Shown here: positions 13,376 to 27,099 of the stretch, in pieces
Layout of the letters: each line of letters opens with the position of its first letter
Numbering within the stretch: position 1 is the first letter of the stretch
Origin: Octopus vulgaris
Taxonomy: Eukaryota
Reading direction: 5' to 3'
Assembly (NCBI GenBank): GCA_951406725.2
Contig: OX597833.1
Coordinates: 32,178,001 to 32,242,000, forward strand
DNA length: 64,000 bases
The notes under the pieces: model-generated
What the model was told of the DNA's origin: nothing
Database searches by the model: none
The model's input: only the letters and a program-made list of their open reading frames with translations
Made by a program: the position numbers and the translations under genes

Positions 13376-14565
13376 CTAGCTTAAGGTGACCCGCTCTACG
13401 CGCGGGTAAGAGTGTCGTTGTTACTTTCTGTTGCTTCCTTTCAGCACGTAAAAAGCACCATCCGAACGTGGCCGATTGCAGTGCCGCCTTGACTGGCTTC
13501 TGTGCCGGTGGCACGTAAAAAGCACCAACCGATCGTTGCCGCAGTGAGTCCCCCTGGCACCTGTGCCGCCAGCACGAAAAAAGCACCCACTACACTCACA
13601 GAGTGGTTGGCGTTAGGAAGGTCATCCACCCGTAGAAACACTGCCAGATCAGACTGGAGCCTGGTTCAGCCTCCTGGCTTCCCAGATCCCGGTCACACTG
13701 TCCAACCCGTGCTAGCACGGAAAACGGACGTTAAACGATGATGATGATGATGACTCTCCGTCTTTGTTTCTCTCTCTTTTCTCTCTCACTTTCCCACTCT
13801 CTTACTTTTCTTTTCTCTCGGACTCTCCCTAGCTTTCTCTTACTCTCTATCTTTATCTATCTCTCTCCCATTTATAAACAACAGAAGATCTTGAGTAAGT
13901 TGAGAAATAAAATATTTAGAAAGATCAATCATAAATATCAGGCAGTGGCAACGGAAAGGTCTGCTTCAAGGCAGACAGCAAAACGCTAACATTTAAAAGG
14001 GACAGACGAACTTGCGAGCTGAATAAAAATAATAAAATATTGGAAACCAAAGTTTGAAGGGATAGAATCTGAGGATAGTAGAGTCACCATGGCTGGCATT
14101 TCTTAACAACGGACAGCAACGTATTGACAGTTTAACGGCTGGCGTAAAATTTTGAACTTGCTGTAAAAGAAAATTCGTAAACACCAAGTTTTGAAGTGAT
14201 TCTTTCTCACGACAGTAGACTCACCATGGCAAGCATTCAAAATTTCTTTATCATGGACGGCAACACATTGACGATTAAAAGGCTGGCGCAAATTTTTTAG
14301 CTTGATGTAACAGAGAATTGCTAAACACCCGCTCCTTTAAATTTTAATCCCCTTCCAGCCCCATTTAGACCCCTTTTCACATTTTGGTTAATATAACCCG
14401 ATTTCATTCGGGTCTACAGAGGCCACATTTTATAAGATGAGGAATTTTGTCCTAGAGGTGACGCCTTTCATTTGAGGAAAGAAATAGTTGCCATGCAAAC
14501 TCGCCAGCACTTTTAACATAGGTGTGCATATTTTCAGCTGAATCGACCGACTACGTAATGCACAC
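13376..14565 (-). mobile_element. Non-autonomous Helitron-like element interrupted by a SINE (far boundary uncertain)
   Basis: CTAG at 13376-13379 with hairpin ACCCGC..GCGGGT. Confidence 0.5.
13442..13753 (+). mobile_element. SINE 3' half with (GAT)n tail
   Basis: Repeated GCACGTAAAAAGCACC, then GTGGTTGGCGTTAGGAAGG; ends GGACGTTAAACGATGATGATG. Confidence 0.75.
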
Positions 14566-14567
14566 AT

Positions 14568-14634
<67 letters not shown>

Positions 14635-14760
14635 ACGCATTATATATACAAATGTATACACATGAGATATATATCTGTATAAATTAAATTAGAGATAAAA
14701 CCACTAATAGTCAAATCAAACAGTGAAAAACCAAAAACAAAAACATAAAAAAATATAATA

Positions 14761-15927
14761 TCTTTATATATTAAAGTGAAGTTGTGTGTCTGTCTTCTAC
14801 GATTTAGATCCCTAACTACTCACACATTTTGCGGTGCAGTTTAACCAAAACTGGGTATCTTATAGTCGTGATTCATATCGAGCCCTTCTGGGTATTAGCG
14901 CACGTCTACGATGAGTCTACGATTTAAAAAAAAAATTACCATAATTTTTTTCCATTTTAATGTTTTCGCTATTATATAAGGGAAGTAACTCTCTAAAAAT
15001 GTCTACGATGAGTCAACGATTTAAAAAAAAATTTACCATCATTTTTTTCCATTTTTTAGTGCATTTTTTTGCTATTTTTTGGCTATAACTCTCTAAAAAT
15101 GCTTATATAGTTATTTCCCTTACAAACCCGAGCAACGCCGGGCGATACTGCTACTAGAAAATATATCTTTATATATAAAAGAAAGGTTGTGTGTCTGTCT
15201 ACTCCGATTTAGATTCCTAACTACTCCCACATTTTGCGGTGCAGTTTAACCAAAACCGGGTATCTTATAGTCGTGATTCATATCAAGCCCCTCTGGGTAT
15301 TAGCGCGCGTCTACGATGAGTCTACGATTTAAAAAATAATTTACCATCATTTTTTTCCATTTTAATGCATACTTTTTAAATATAAGGGAAGTAACTCTCT
15401 AAAAATGTCTACGATGAGTCAACGATTTAAAAAAAAAATTACCATAATCTTTTTTCCATTTTTAATGCATTTCTTTGCTATTTTTTGGCTATAACTCTCT
15501 AAAAATGCTTTATAGTTATTTCCCTTACAAACCCGAGCAACGCCGGGCGATACTGCTAGTCTTTATATATAAAAGTAAGGTTGTGTGTCTGTCTCCTACG
15601 ATTTAGATTCCTAACTACTCCCACATTTTGCGGTGCAGTTTAACCAAAACCGGGTATCTTATAGTCGTGATTCATATCGAGCCCTTCTGGGTATTAGCGC
15701 GCGTCTACGATGAGTCTACGATTTTAAAAATAATTTACCATCATTTTTTTCCATTTTTTAATGCATTTTTTCGCTATTATATAAGGGAAGTAACTCTCTA
15801 AAAATGTCTACGATGAGTCAACGATTTTAAAATGCATTTTTTTGCTATTTTTTGGCTATAACTCTCTAAAAATGCTTATATAGTTATTTCGCTTACAAAC
15901 CCGAGCAACGCCGGGCGATACTGCTAG
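14761..15927 (+). mobile_element. Three tandem ~370-395-bp non-autonomous Helitrons (14761-15154, 15166-15559, 15560-15927)
   Basis: Each starts TC(TTTATATAT) and ends CCCGAGCAACGCCGGG hairpin + CTAG (CTAC in copy 1); no TSD. Confidence 0.85.
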
Positions 15928-16209
15928 TAAAATATAAAATTGAAAAATTTAAATTATTAAAATTGAAAATAAAAATTATTAAATTATATTTATAATTTGT
16001 GTAAAAATATATATAACTATGAAAAAGTATGAAAAAGTTTAATATACATAAATACAGATATATACACTTTGTATATATACATTATATATACATATTTATA
16101 TATAGAACACACACACATACATTATATATACATATTTATATATAGAACACACACACACACATACATTATATATACATATTTATATATAGAACACACACAC
16201 ACACATATA

Positions 16210-17903
16210 AATGAACTCAAGAATTTCTGATTCATAATATTTGTTCTCATGCTCGTGTGTTGTTGGTGACAGACAGATACATAAAAGAACGCCGAAGTGA
16301 TGGGAAGGTAAGGAAACAGAGTGAGTGAAAAAGAGAGGAAATAGCGAGAGTGACAGATTCTTTAAATAACGGTAGTGGAATTGTGAAAGTTATATATGAA
16401 GGAGAGTGAGAGGGTAATGGAGGAAATAGCGTGAGTGAGGAAGATGGCCCCTAGCAACCACACCTTTTAAGATAGGGATTAAGATAGCCCACGGGCATCG
16501 TCACCTCATTCTACATGTCCCTGTAAATTTTGGAGCGAATTGGACGGGATGTAGTGGCATTGAAAGCGATCCAAGCGGTAAAAACGCATTTCAGTTTTAT
16601 ATATAGAGACTAGCTAATGTACCCGATAATTCCCGAGAGTAAAGACGTTCTATTGAAACGTCTTATTACTCTGATATAAGAAAGCAATTTTGTTATAATT
16701 TCCACAAAAGGTGTCAGCTGGAGGAGTGAGAGATTGTTGGAAGTTAGCAAGAGAGGATTTCAGAGGTTGGCGTGAAAGATTGTCGAAAGTTGGTGAGAGA
16801 GTTTATATAAATATATGTATGAAGTGTTTGAAGAAAGTGCAATAATAACGTTCACTCTCACTGATGGCCGCACTCTGTAACTGTCTTTAGCTTACGGGGT
16901 TCTTGTTTTTATAACTATAGAAAAGCAGCCAGAAGGATAGACATATTATTGAGAACAAATGATTTCGTTGGAGGTCTGTTATCTGCATTCCAGCCACTGG
17001 TGGCCTAGAAGAAGTTAGAAGGGTCAATCGGCAAATACATTATTCTGCTTAGCGAAGGCATCTGGGAAATGTATAACTGCTGTCATTCACAGAAAAACTA
17101 TTGTTTTACGGTGAGAAAAGTGCTGTTGAAATGTTAAGTGAAATTTGGCAATCGAGGATCGAATACGCAATATGCCTGCATGAAGCCACTATAAATACGT
17201 TGTGGAATAAAAAAAATCATCTACTGTCATGGAAAAAGTGTAACTGTAAAAATGCAGTAATGGGCATTCAAAAACGTATATATGTATAGAAATGGTAAAT
17301 TATTTTAAAAATCAAATTAAGGAAGTGCAATAATAATGTTTAGCAGTCCAAAACTGTGAGTAGTGAAATGTAGAATTAGGTCGGCTGATCGTGAGAATAA
17401 AATATTGATCGCTTCGCTAAAAACTGCAGGTGGTATGGGTTATTTCTTTAGGGTTATTTAAATAAACTATTAGTAATATGTAGTAGATAGAAGGATCCAT
17501 TGGAAGAGCCCTTTTATCGATTTTTTCAACGATCTAAATATGTCACGAGGTTTCTAGACATGAGTTCTACCCACGTGTGAAATAAAATGGTATTGTCTGC
17601 AAAAATTAGAAATTGGACACTCAAAAAATCAATATTCAAAGTGATCGAACATAAACAATGAAATAGATTATTTCCCTTGAGTGTTTAAAAAATATTGTGT
17701 AGATGGTATGGGGTATTTAAAAAATTAGTTATATGAGGTAGGTATAAAGGTTCCTTCCAGGGGTCATATTATCGATTGTTCAACAATCTAAGTAGGTCAC
17801 AAGGTTTCCAGACATGAGTTCTACTCACGTGTCAAGTTTCATCGAAATCAATAAAACGATGTAGGAGTTAGCTAACAACGCCACAAACACACCGATTTTC
17901 CAC

Positions 17904-17905
<2 letters not shown>
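16210..17905 (-). mobile_element. Two abutting Helitron-like non-autonomous elements (junction 16609/16610; outer boundaries uncertain)
   Basis: Minus strand reads ...CTAG|TCTCTATATATAAAAC at 16613-16594. Confidence 0.5.
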
Positions 17906-17934
<29 letters not shown>

Positions 17935-18038
17935 TGTATGTATGTATGTATGTATGTATGTATGTATGTGTATATATATATATATATATATACATACATA
18001 TATATATATATATGTATGTATGTATGTATGAATGTATG

Positions 18039-18119
<81 letters not shown>

Positions 18120-18130
18120 ACACAATTGCA

Positions 18131-18161
<31 letters not shown>

Positions 18162-18164
18162 CTT

Positions 18165-18400
18165 TTATATTTTACTTATTTCAGAAATTTGACTGCGGTT
18201 ATGCTGGAGCACCGCCTTTAGTCGAGCAAATTGACCTCAGTACTTATTCTTTGGAAGCCTAGTACTTATTCTATCGGGCTCTTTTGCCGAACCGCTAAGT
18301 TATGGGGGGACGTAAACACACACCATCGGTTGTCAAGCAATGTTGGTGGTGACAAACACAGACACACATATACACACACATACATACATACATACATACA

Positions 18401-18438
<38 letters not shown>

Positions 18439-18605
18439 TACGACGGGCTTCTTTCAGTTTCCATCCACCAAATCCACTCACAAGGCTTTGGTCGGCACGA
18501 GGCTATAGTAGAAGACACTTGCCCAAGGGGCGACGTAGTGGGACTGAACCCGGAACCATGTGGTTGGTAAGCAAGTTACTTACCACACAGCCATTCCTGC
18601 GCCTA
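18165..18605 (-). mobile_element. tRNA-derived SINE with internal microsatellite
   Basis: Head AGGCGCAGGAATGGCTGTGTGGTAAG...GGTTCAGTCCC, then CCTTGGGCAAGTGTCTTC core. Confidence 0.85.
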
Positions 18606-18769
18606 GCTACTTATATACGTATATCTCAGCGCCTCCCACACGCAAACATACGAGTGTTGTACTGAAAGTCATACAAAAGTGGGTGTAACTTTTATTAAGT
18701 AACATAGGTCGTTCAAATTGTACATGTTGGTAGTATAAATGTCAGCATGTAACTCTTGTTTCTGTTGAA

Positions 18770-18869
18770 NNNNNNNNNNNNNNNNNNNNNNNNNNNNNNN
18801 NNNNNNNNNNNNNNNNNNNNNNNNNNNNNNNNNNNNNNNNNNNNNNNNNNNNNNNNNNNNNNNNNNNNN
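18770..18869. other. Assembly gap (100 N)
   Basis: Run of n. Confidence 0.99.
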
Positions 18870-19419
18870 CGAATAAAATGAAAGTAAATAGCGACAGAGT
18901 GATTTGAGGAAGACTAAACTGAAAGTATTCTGTCTATGACGCTGATAGATACATGAGTAAAATGTATGGGAAGCTAAGAGCTAAGAGTGAGTGAAAATGT
19001 TCTTGGAAGAGAGTAAATAGCGAGAGAGAGAGGGATTTGAGGAAGACTTTACATTAAATAACCGTAGTGGCTTGTGTTAGTAATAAAGTAAACATACACT
19101 CATACATACATACATACATACATACATACATACATACATACACACACACACATACACACACACATACATACACACACACATACATACACACACACATACA
19201 TACATACACACATACATACATACATACATACATATACATACATACATACATATATACATACATACACACACACACATACACACACACACAGTATTGAAGC
19301 TTGAGAACAATCAGATACATTTGCAACACATCTGTTGAAAATATTATTGTTCACACACATACATATACATATATACATACAGACAGACAGACAGATAGAC
19401 ACACACACACACACACACA

Positions 19420-19840
19420 CATGATCCAGCATGGCCACAACCTCAAGGCTGAAACATATAAATGAATAACAGAATATAAATGTGTGCAAAGTACAAGAAA
19501 TATTAATGCAGTATATGGGGATTGGACAATAAGCGTAAGGCAGTGTCAATGGTGGTTCCAGAAATCCCGAGCCATAAACTACAGCCTAGAAGACGAGCCT
19601 CATCCTGAAAGATCTGTAGAACTCGACAAGGACATCCTGAAAACCCTGGTGGAACAAAATCTCATCGTAACTGTTGAGGAACTAGCAGAGAAGCTTGGAT
19701 TTGGTCATTCAACCATTCATTGAGACCTGTGTGCTATCGGAAAAGTCAGCAAATTGGGTCAATGGGTTCCTCACGAACTTTCCGAGTCTAATTGCATGCA
19801 GAGAGTGAATGTATGCTTTTCTTTGCTGTCACATCTCACC
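19420..19840 (+). mobile_element. Mariner internal fragment (same family as 376-1245)
   Basis: AVYGDWTIS..CQWWF..LEDEP..LVEQN..EKLGFGHSTIH and WVPHEL. Confidence 0.85.
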
Positions 19841-19858
19841 ACTACTGCGCTATGTATA

Positions 19859-20494
19859 TCTATATATATAAAACTGTAGTTGTGTGAGTGTCTGTCCCCT
19901 TCGATTTAGATTCCTAATTACTCCCACATTTTGCGGTGCAGTTTAACCAAATTCGGGTAGCTTATAGTCGTGATTCATATCGAGCCCGTCTGAATATTAG
20001 CGCGCGTCTACGATGAGTCTACGATTTTAAAAATAATTTAACATCATTTTTTATTCCATTTTAATGCATAATTTTTCGTGTGTCGATGGCGGCGGAGTTC
20101 GCGTCCACGCTCACACCTGCACCTGTGGGGAAGGGAGTGTAAGGAAATCAACGTCGTAATGCGTTGTCAAGGAGACCAGTGTTCTTTTAGAACAACGACT
20201 TCATGGCTTGAAGACACCAAAACAGAAATGGCTAAGAAAGCGTCTACATGAGTCTACGATTTTAAAAAAAATTTACCATCGTTTTTTTTCCATTTTAATG
20301 CATTTTTTCGCTATTATATAAGGGAAGTAACTCTCTAAAAATGTCTACGATGAGTCAACGATTTAAAAAAAAAATTACCATCATATTTTTTCCATTTTTA
20401 ATGCATTTTTTGCTATTTTTTGGCTATAACTCTCTAAAAATGCTTATATAGTTATTTCCCTTACAAACCCGAGCAACGCCGGGCGATACTGCTA

Positions 20495-20495
<1 letters not shown>
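19859..20495 (+). mobile_element. Non-autonomous Helitron (14761 family) with extra internal ~165-bp segment
   Basis: Same 5' TC and 3' hairpin+CTAG termini as the 14761 copies; A|T insertion context. Confidence 0.85.
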
Positions 20496-20545
<50 letters not shown>

Positions 20546-20572
20546 GATATACATAGATATACATAGATATAC

Positions 20573-20614
<42 letters not shown>

Positions 20615-20671
20615 ATCTATATATATATGTATATCTATGTATATCTATGTATATCTATGTATATATATATA

Positions 20672-20745
<74 letters not shown>

Positions 20746-20787
20746 TGTATGTATGTATGTATGTATGTGTATATATATATATCTATA

Positions 20788-22024
20788 TTGGGTTGTCCGG
20801 AAAGTTCGTCGTGTCGTTTTATAGTAGCTTACCTTTCGGCTATTCAGAGGAATATGGTTGAGTTCATAAAATAGGATTTGACTACACCTCCATTTAGAGC
20901 ACAGTGGAAGAAGGTATATGTTCCTATAACCTGCGTTAATTCGGTAACCCTTTAAAATGGAAGATAAGAAAGTACATTTTCGGCACTTGATGCTTTTCTT
21001 TTTCCGTAAAGGGAAAAATGCTTCACAAGCAACCAAAGAAATATGCGGAGTTTACGGTGATGTTTCTTTATCCGAAAGAACTGTACGGAAGTGGTTTGTA
21101 AGGTTACGAGCTGGAGATTGTAGCCTTATTGAAAAAGTGCGATCTGGCAGACAATCCACTACAGATATGACCAAATCAAGTCATTAATTGAGAATAACCC
21201 ACATTGCACAACCCAAAAATTGGCAGAAAGCCTCAACCTATCAAAATCCGTCTTTAATGAGCACCTGGTAAAGCTTAGGTACACAAATCGCTACGATGTT
21301 TGGGTACCACATAAGTTGAATGAGAAAAACCTTTTGGATCGCATTTCCATCTGTGATTCGCTTTATAAACGGAATGAAAACGCGCCTTTTTTAATGCTAA
21401 TTGTGACAGGTGATGAGAACTGGATTGTCAACCGAAATGTTCAGAGGAAGCGATCCTGGAGTAAGCGTCATGAGACCCCTTTAGCCACCCCCAAAGCCGG
21501 TCTTCACCCTAAGAAAGTCTTGCTTTGTGTCTGGTGGGACTTGAAAGGAATTCTGTACTATGAGCTTCTCCCAAGTAACAAGACAATTAATTCTGAGAAA
21601 TACTGCACACAACTGGACGAGTTAAAAGCAGTAATTCAAAAGAAACGTCAAGAATTGGCCAACAGGAAGGATATTGTTTTCCAACATGATAATGCAAGAC
21701 CGCACGTTTCTTTGGAAATCAGACAAAAATCGCTGCAGCTCGGCTGGGATGTGTTATCCCACCCTCCATATTCATCAGATATTGCTCTTTCGGATTTCCA
21801 CTTATTCAGGTCTCTGCAGAATAGTCTTAATAGTAAAAATTTCAATACCTTGATGAATTCTTAGCCATGAAATCACCTCAATTCTGGGAAGAGGGTGTTT
21901 TCAAGTTAAAGGAAAGATGGAGACTCATTGTGCAACAAAATGTAATGATTAAAAATGTAATGGCAAGTATTTATTGACCTTTTTCTTTCTTTTACAAATC
22001 GGCACGAACTTCAGGACAACCCAA
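20788..22024 (+). mobile_element. Full-length mariner (D,D34D) with frameshifted transposase
   Basis: TIRs TTGGGTTGTCCGGAAAGTTCGT / ACGAACTTCAGGACAACCCAA; TA flanks; ORFs 20957-21187 and 21220-21864 with WVPHKL, TGDENW, HDNARPH, PYSSDIALSD. Confidence 0.95.
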
Positions 22025-22032
22025 TATATATG

Positions 22033-22099
<67 letters not shown>

Positions 22100-22196
22100 G
22101 TGTGTGTGTGTGTGTGTGTGTATACATATATACATATACACACACACATATATTATAATGGAATAATTACTATGAAGCATTGTGTAGAGTATTTTG

Positions 22197-22307
22197 TATA
22201 AAGGATCGTAGGTAAGGCCAGAATACAAGGTAAGTCTACATTAATCCACATATTTGTTTTCTTGCATTTACTCCGCATTGTTTTGGCCTTACCCACGATC
22301 CTTTATA
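22197..22307. mobile_element. ~110-bp MITE-like fold-back
   Basis: TATAAAGGATCGTAGGTAAGGCCAGAATACAA ... TTGTTTTGGCCTTACCCACGATCCTTTATA. Confidence 0.6.
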
Positions 22308-22315
22308 TATATATA

Positions 22316-23030
22316 CGGTTGGCAACTAAGTTCCCGTCGTTCTTTTAAATTTTGGAATTCATTGCATTTTTAAACTTTGGAATCTATTTTGTTTTTTTTC
22401 TAGTTAATTTTAGTTAATTTGTGTTTATTTTCAGAGTATTAAGATGGAATGTCAAGTTAAGGAAAACGAGCATTTTTCACACCTCCTTTTTGCTTTGAAT
22501 CAAGATTCTAAAGCTGCAAAAGCTGCTCGCGACATTTGTGCTGCGTATGGAGACGGTGCCATAGCTGAAAGAACCGCTCGTGATTGGTATGCCAAGTTCA
22601 AAAATGGAAATTTTGACCTCAAAGACGCACCTCATTCTGACCGTCCAGTTGAGTTCGATGAAGAGCGATTAAACCAACTTTTGCACGAAAATTCTCGTCA
22701 AACGACGAGGTAACTGGCAGAGAAAATGAAATGCTCCCACATTGCTATAGAGAAGCATCTTCAATCGATGGAAAAGGTTCAGAAGCATGGAGCATATTTT
22801 AAGTGACAACAATAAAAATCAACGAGCCACAATCTCTGCTGCTTTGCTTGCTCGTCACCGCTCAACTCATGGTCACAAGCAACGATTTCTTTACTGAATC
22901 GTTACTGGCGACGAAAAATGGTGCCTGTACATCAACATGAAGCAGCGTAAGGAATGGCTTAGCCCCGGTAAAAAAGCAACACCGCGCATGAAGCAAGATC
23001 TTCATCCACGAAAAGCGATGTTGTGCTATG
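22316..23030 (+). mobile_element. Mariner 5' portion, truncated at LINE junction
   Basis: TA|CGGTTGGCAACTAAG TIR-like start; MECQVKENEHF..; IVTGDEKW; LHPRKAMLC. Confidence 0.88.
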
Positions 23031-26000
23031 GCACCGTTCTCCAACCTGATTAACCACGAATCCGGACAGAGCACGACGGTCAGAGCACGACGGTCAGAGC
23101 ACGACGGTCAGAGCACGACGGTCAGAGCACGACGGTAGGTAACGACTGATGCGATAAACACATTGGCCACCTCCGCCCTCCTTTTCAGGGATAGCCACCG
23201 CCAAGACCAAGTCTTGACTACTGCAGCCACCCTGCTCAAAACCACCGTCCAGTTCTTCTCTATCTGGAGGCCTGGTCCAAACCAGACTCCCAGCAAGTTA
23301 ACAGGTCTCATAAATCTCAATAGCTTTACCCACTTCACGTAGGCGTGCTAATGTGGTTTACGCTGATAGTGATATCGTCCGCATAAACTGTAACAAACCC
23401 CTCTAAACCTGGTTCTCTCGGGATGCCACTCAACCTTCGCAGATGGGCTCAAGAACCACCACGTACAAAAGTGGTGAGAGCGGAGATCCTTGATGAACCG
23501 AGCGCCTGATGCAGAACGACTTCGAAAGGAAACCATTCACCCAACTATCGAGTCAATGTTGTGATATAAAGCGATAAACTACCTGAGGAAGCTAAGGCCT
23601 AGGCCGAACCGCGCAAGTACAGTCGCAGGTATCAATGGTCAACCCTATCAAAAGCTTGAAACTGGTTCAAATGTACCAATGCCCCACCTTTGCCAGATTT
23701 TTCCTCAATCCTCTCTATGGTATAGGGAATAAGTTGGTGATTATCCTGAATGGTTCTGCCTGGGACGGCACATGTCTGTGCCTCCCCGACTATACCATTC
23801 GCGACACGCGCCATTCTTTTTGTTAAGACCTTGGCCAAAATCTTCATTTCTGCATTTAACAGAGTGATGGGCCTGAAGTTATCTAAAATGTCTCCCTTGT
23901 CCGAGTCCTTTCTAACCAATGTCACTACTCCCCAGCTCACAGATCTGGGGATAAACCCATTATGTTGCCAGTTCGCGTACACGTCAGCCAGTAGGTGCCC
24001 GAACAAGTCTGGTATACATTTATACAGCTCGTATGGAAGACCATCAAGTCCCGGCGACTTACCCGCTTTACAGTCGGCCAAAGTTTCCATCACCTCCACA
24101 GGCGTGATCGGCCTTTCGCAAGACTCCGCATCCGACCCCGAGAGGTACAGCAGCTCGGCAAGAAAGTCCTCCAGGACTCCCCCACCATCAGGACCGCCAT
24201 CACCCCCGAACAGCTGGGCGAGGTTCCCCCGAAAGGCCTCACTCATTTCCTTGGGTTCGTTTACCAATTTAGATTCGTCAAAGACCGAATAGTGGAACTA
24301 TGTCCTTGTTGAGCTTCCACCACTCGGACTCATCCAGCGGCCTTGATTCTTTCACTTCCCATCGTACGTATCTTAGCTCTGGCAATACTTCCCATGTGTT
24401 GGGCTTCAAGAGGCTAGTTTAACTCTAGTCTCTTCACCTTCACTTGGTCCGCATTACCAGTCCTCCAGGCTTCTTCTAGTTCCTTCACTAGACTATCTCT
24501 TATTCTACGTCTCTTATTCTACTCTTATTCTATGCTAAACCTAATAGTCTCATATTTTATGGTTCTTTTTAGGGCGTACCACCATTTGTTATTAATGATG
24601 GTACCTATGAATGCCTTCTGTATTAACATGTCTATCCGCTTTCTGTACTTCTCAATCACCAAAAGGGACGCATTGTGTTTCCAGTAGCCAGATCCTTGTC
24701 TATACAACTTATCTACTGTCAGCTTACAGGTAACCATCTTGTGATCACTGTAGCTGACTAGATAAAACTGTGGGCACTTAGCTATGGACTTATCTGTTTT
24801 TCTAATTAAAATCCTATCTAGATATGTTCTGGAAGATCCGTCACTGTTTGACCATGTCCACTGTGGAGTGTTCGGGTGTTCCAACCTATATAGATCGGCT
24901 AGCTAAAAGTGACTTAGCAGATCCCGTAAGCCAGGGTTACATTCTTTATTCATGTTCCAGCCAACACAATCTGTGTGTGCGTCACAGATTGTGTTAAAGT
25001 TTCCTATCAGTATTAGCGAATGCGACGTGGCCAGGAACTTGCCCAGGTCACGAAAGTATTCACTTTGCGGGCCCATAACGTTGGGTGCATAAATTGCAAC
25101 CAGCCTGATTATCTTGCCACAACTGAATGTCAGGTCGAGAACGACCAACCTGCCTTCTGGATCAGAAAAAAAAAACAACTTTTTCTCGGCTACCCAGTTT
25201 CTTTTTAGTAGGACCAACACCCCACCCCCACCTCCCGCCTGACTTGGAGAAACGTATTTCTCATAGCCTTTCAGGAGAGGGAGCAGATCTCTTGGCCCCT
25301 TTACTAGGGTTTCCGTTGCAACAATCACATCCAATTTTCTTGATCTGTCATTTAGGAAGCAAGCACCCTTGCTTCCAGCTAGACACCAGGCCACGAACAT
25401 TTACACAACCAATGTGAATAGACATTACTTACATATTTAATCTGGGGTGTCCTGCGGAAAGGGACTCTCCACCATTTCTTGACATAGAGCCGGAGGTGGC
25501 AAGTCTTTAAAAATGGATTGATTAAAATCCAATCTCATCATCGACACCGACTTTCTACAGGTGTTATAACATTATGAGTCTTTTTATCCACTTCGTAGAC
25601 CTCGTAGTTCTTATATTTATCAGAAAGTTCTGCAATAATTGTGGCCGATTTTTTCGCTTCTATTTCTCTCATTAAGTCTTCATTTTTGCTGTATAACGCG
25701 ACTATCCCCCTGTCTTCTGCTTCCTTCCTGACTATTTTTGGTTTGTCTCTTCGCAGTTTTTTGGTCTTAATTCGACGTGTTTTGGTTGATTTGAGCTTTC
25801 CATTTTTCTCTTGTTGTTAGTTGCTTTCTTTTCTTGTTTCTCTCTCTCTCCTCCTCCTCACCATCGGTTTCTTCCTCGCCGTCTCTACAGTGTGTTTTTT
25901 TTTAATGGACCAGCTGGCCACACTAGCAACACCGGGGCTTACGCCCCTCGACGAATACGTTGTGGAATTCCTTCCCAATTTCTATTTTCTCCGGTAACTG

Positions 26001-26580
26001 TTCTAAAATTGACTGTTCTGCTTGTATTAGGAGGTGAACCGTTTGACCGGTCCAATAACCCTTTTCTGTGACAGTAGCCTGAAGGAGTGTTATATTATCT
26101 TCCATTTTTGTCAGGACTGCCGCCATCAACAACATAGGGTCGACTTGAGGTGGGACCCTTGGTATACGTATCTTTGACGTCCTCATTCCCGTATATATTG
26201 GAATTAAAACAACGTCCTCCTTTTCTAAAGATTTAACTGAGTGCATTTGTGCAGTTTCTATATCTTTTAGTCGTATTTCGATAGTACCAAACTTCTTCCC
26301 TCTGGCTAGGTATGAGTTATCCTGCCAGATGGGTTTCAAGCACTTCTGAACTTTCTCTTCGCTCACTCGATCATTTTTTTTTTCCTTTTAGACAGTAAGA
26401 TATAAAAATAATTTTCTTTTTTCTAACATTAATAGTTCTTCCGGAGGCTGAACTTCACAACACCGTCTTCAGTTGTTATCACATCTTTGTACTTTATCAA
26501 GTCATTTTTGTTTGTCGACAGCTGGCGGGTTCCACCTCCAGCCGCCGACGCAAAACTTCTTTTTTGTTTATTTTCTTCTG
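23031..26580 (-). mobile_element. Tx1/L1-like LINE: ORF1 + APE endonuclease + RT, 3'-truncated and decayed
   Basis: ORF1-like 25923-26366; endonuclease motifs ATET, IYAPN, GNFN, YLDRI, SDH; RT motifs KSPGLDGLPYELY, FRPITLLN, QAFDRVDH, YADD. Confidence 0.9.
23067..23136. repeat. 5 x 14-bp tandem CAGAGCACGACGGT
   Basis: Five perfect units visible. Confidence 0.95.
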
Positions 26581-26596
26581 TTTGAAGAAAACGCGT

Positions 26597-26812
26597 CAAC
26601 ACCGGTTGTCAAGTGATGGTTGAAAAACAAACACATATACAAAACACAAACACACATATATATAAATACGGTGGGCTTCATTCAGTTTCCGTCTACCAAA
26701 TTCACTCGGTCCGAGGCTATATCACTTGTCTAAGGTGTCACGCAGTAGGAGTGAACTCGGAACCATGAGGTTGAGAAGCAAGCTTATTACCATACAGCCA
26801 CGCCTGCACCTA
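26597..26812 (-). mobile_element. tRNA-derived SINE
   Basis: Head AGGTGCAGGCGTGGCTGTATGGTAA; homologous to the 18165 copy. Confidence 0.75.
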
Positions 26813-27099
26813 TGTTGCTTTCATTTTCTTTAAAACCTCGTCTGGTAATGTTTACTTGCATTTTAAGTTACACAGCTATCTCACACAAAATGCTAGCTTC
26901 CAAATCCTGTTTTCTGATTGGGTAAAAACGATCAGACCTCTGTAACATTTCCCTAAAATTTTCCTGGAATAAATATATTACAAAATATATAATGAAAAAC
27001 TACATTAATATACCAAATTTGAAAATTTTCACTTAATTTTAAGATAAAAAATCTTTGACAGCAACAGAAAAAATCTTTTTCTCCCTGTATTTGCATATC

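Noticed and set aside
23067-23136. CRISPR-like short repeat array
   Set aside because: Contiguous tandem units with no spacers, in a eukaryotic LINE context
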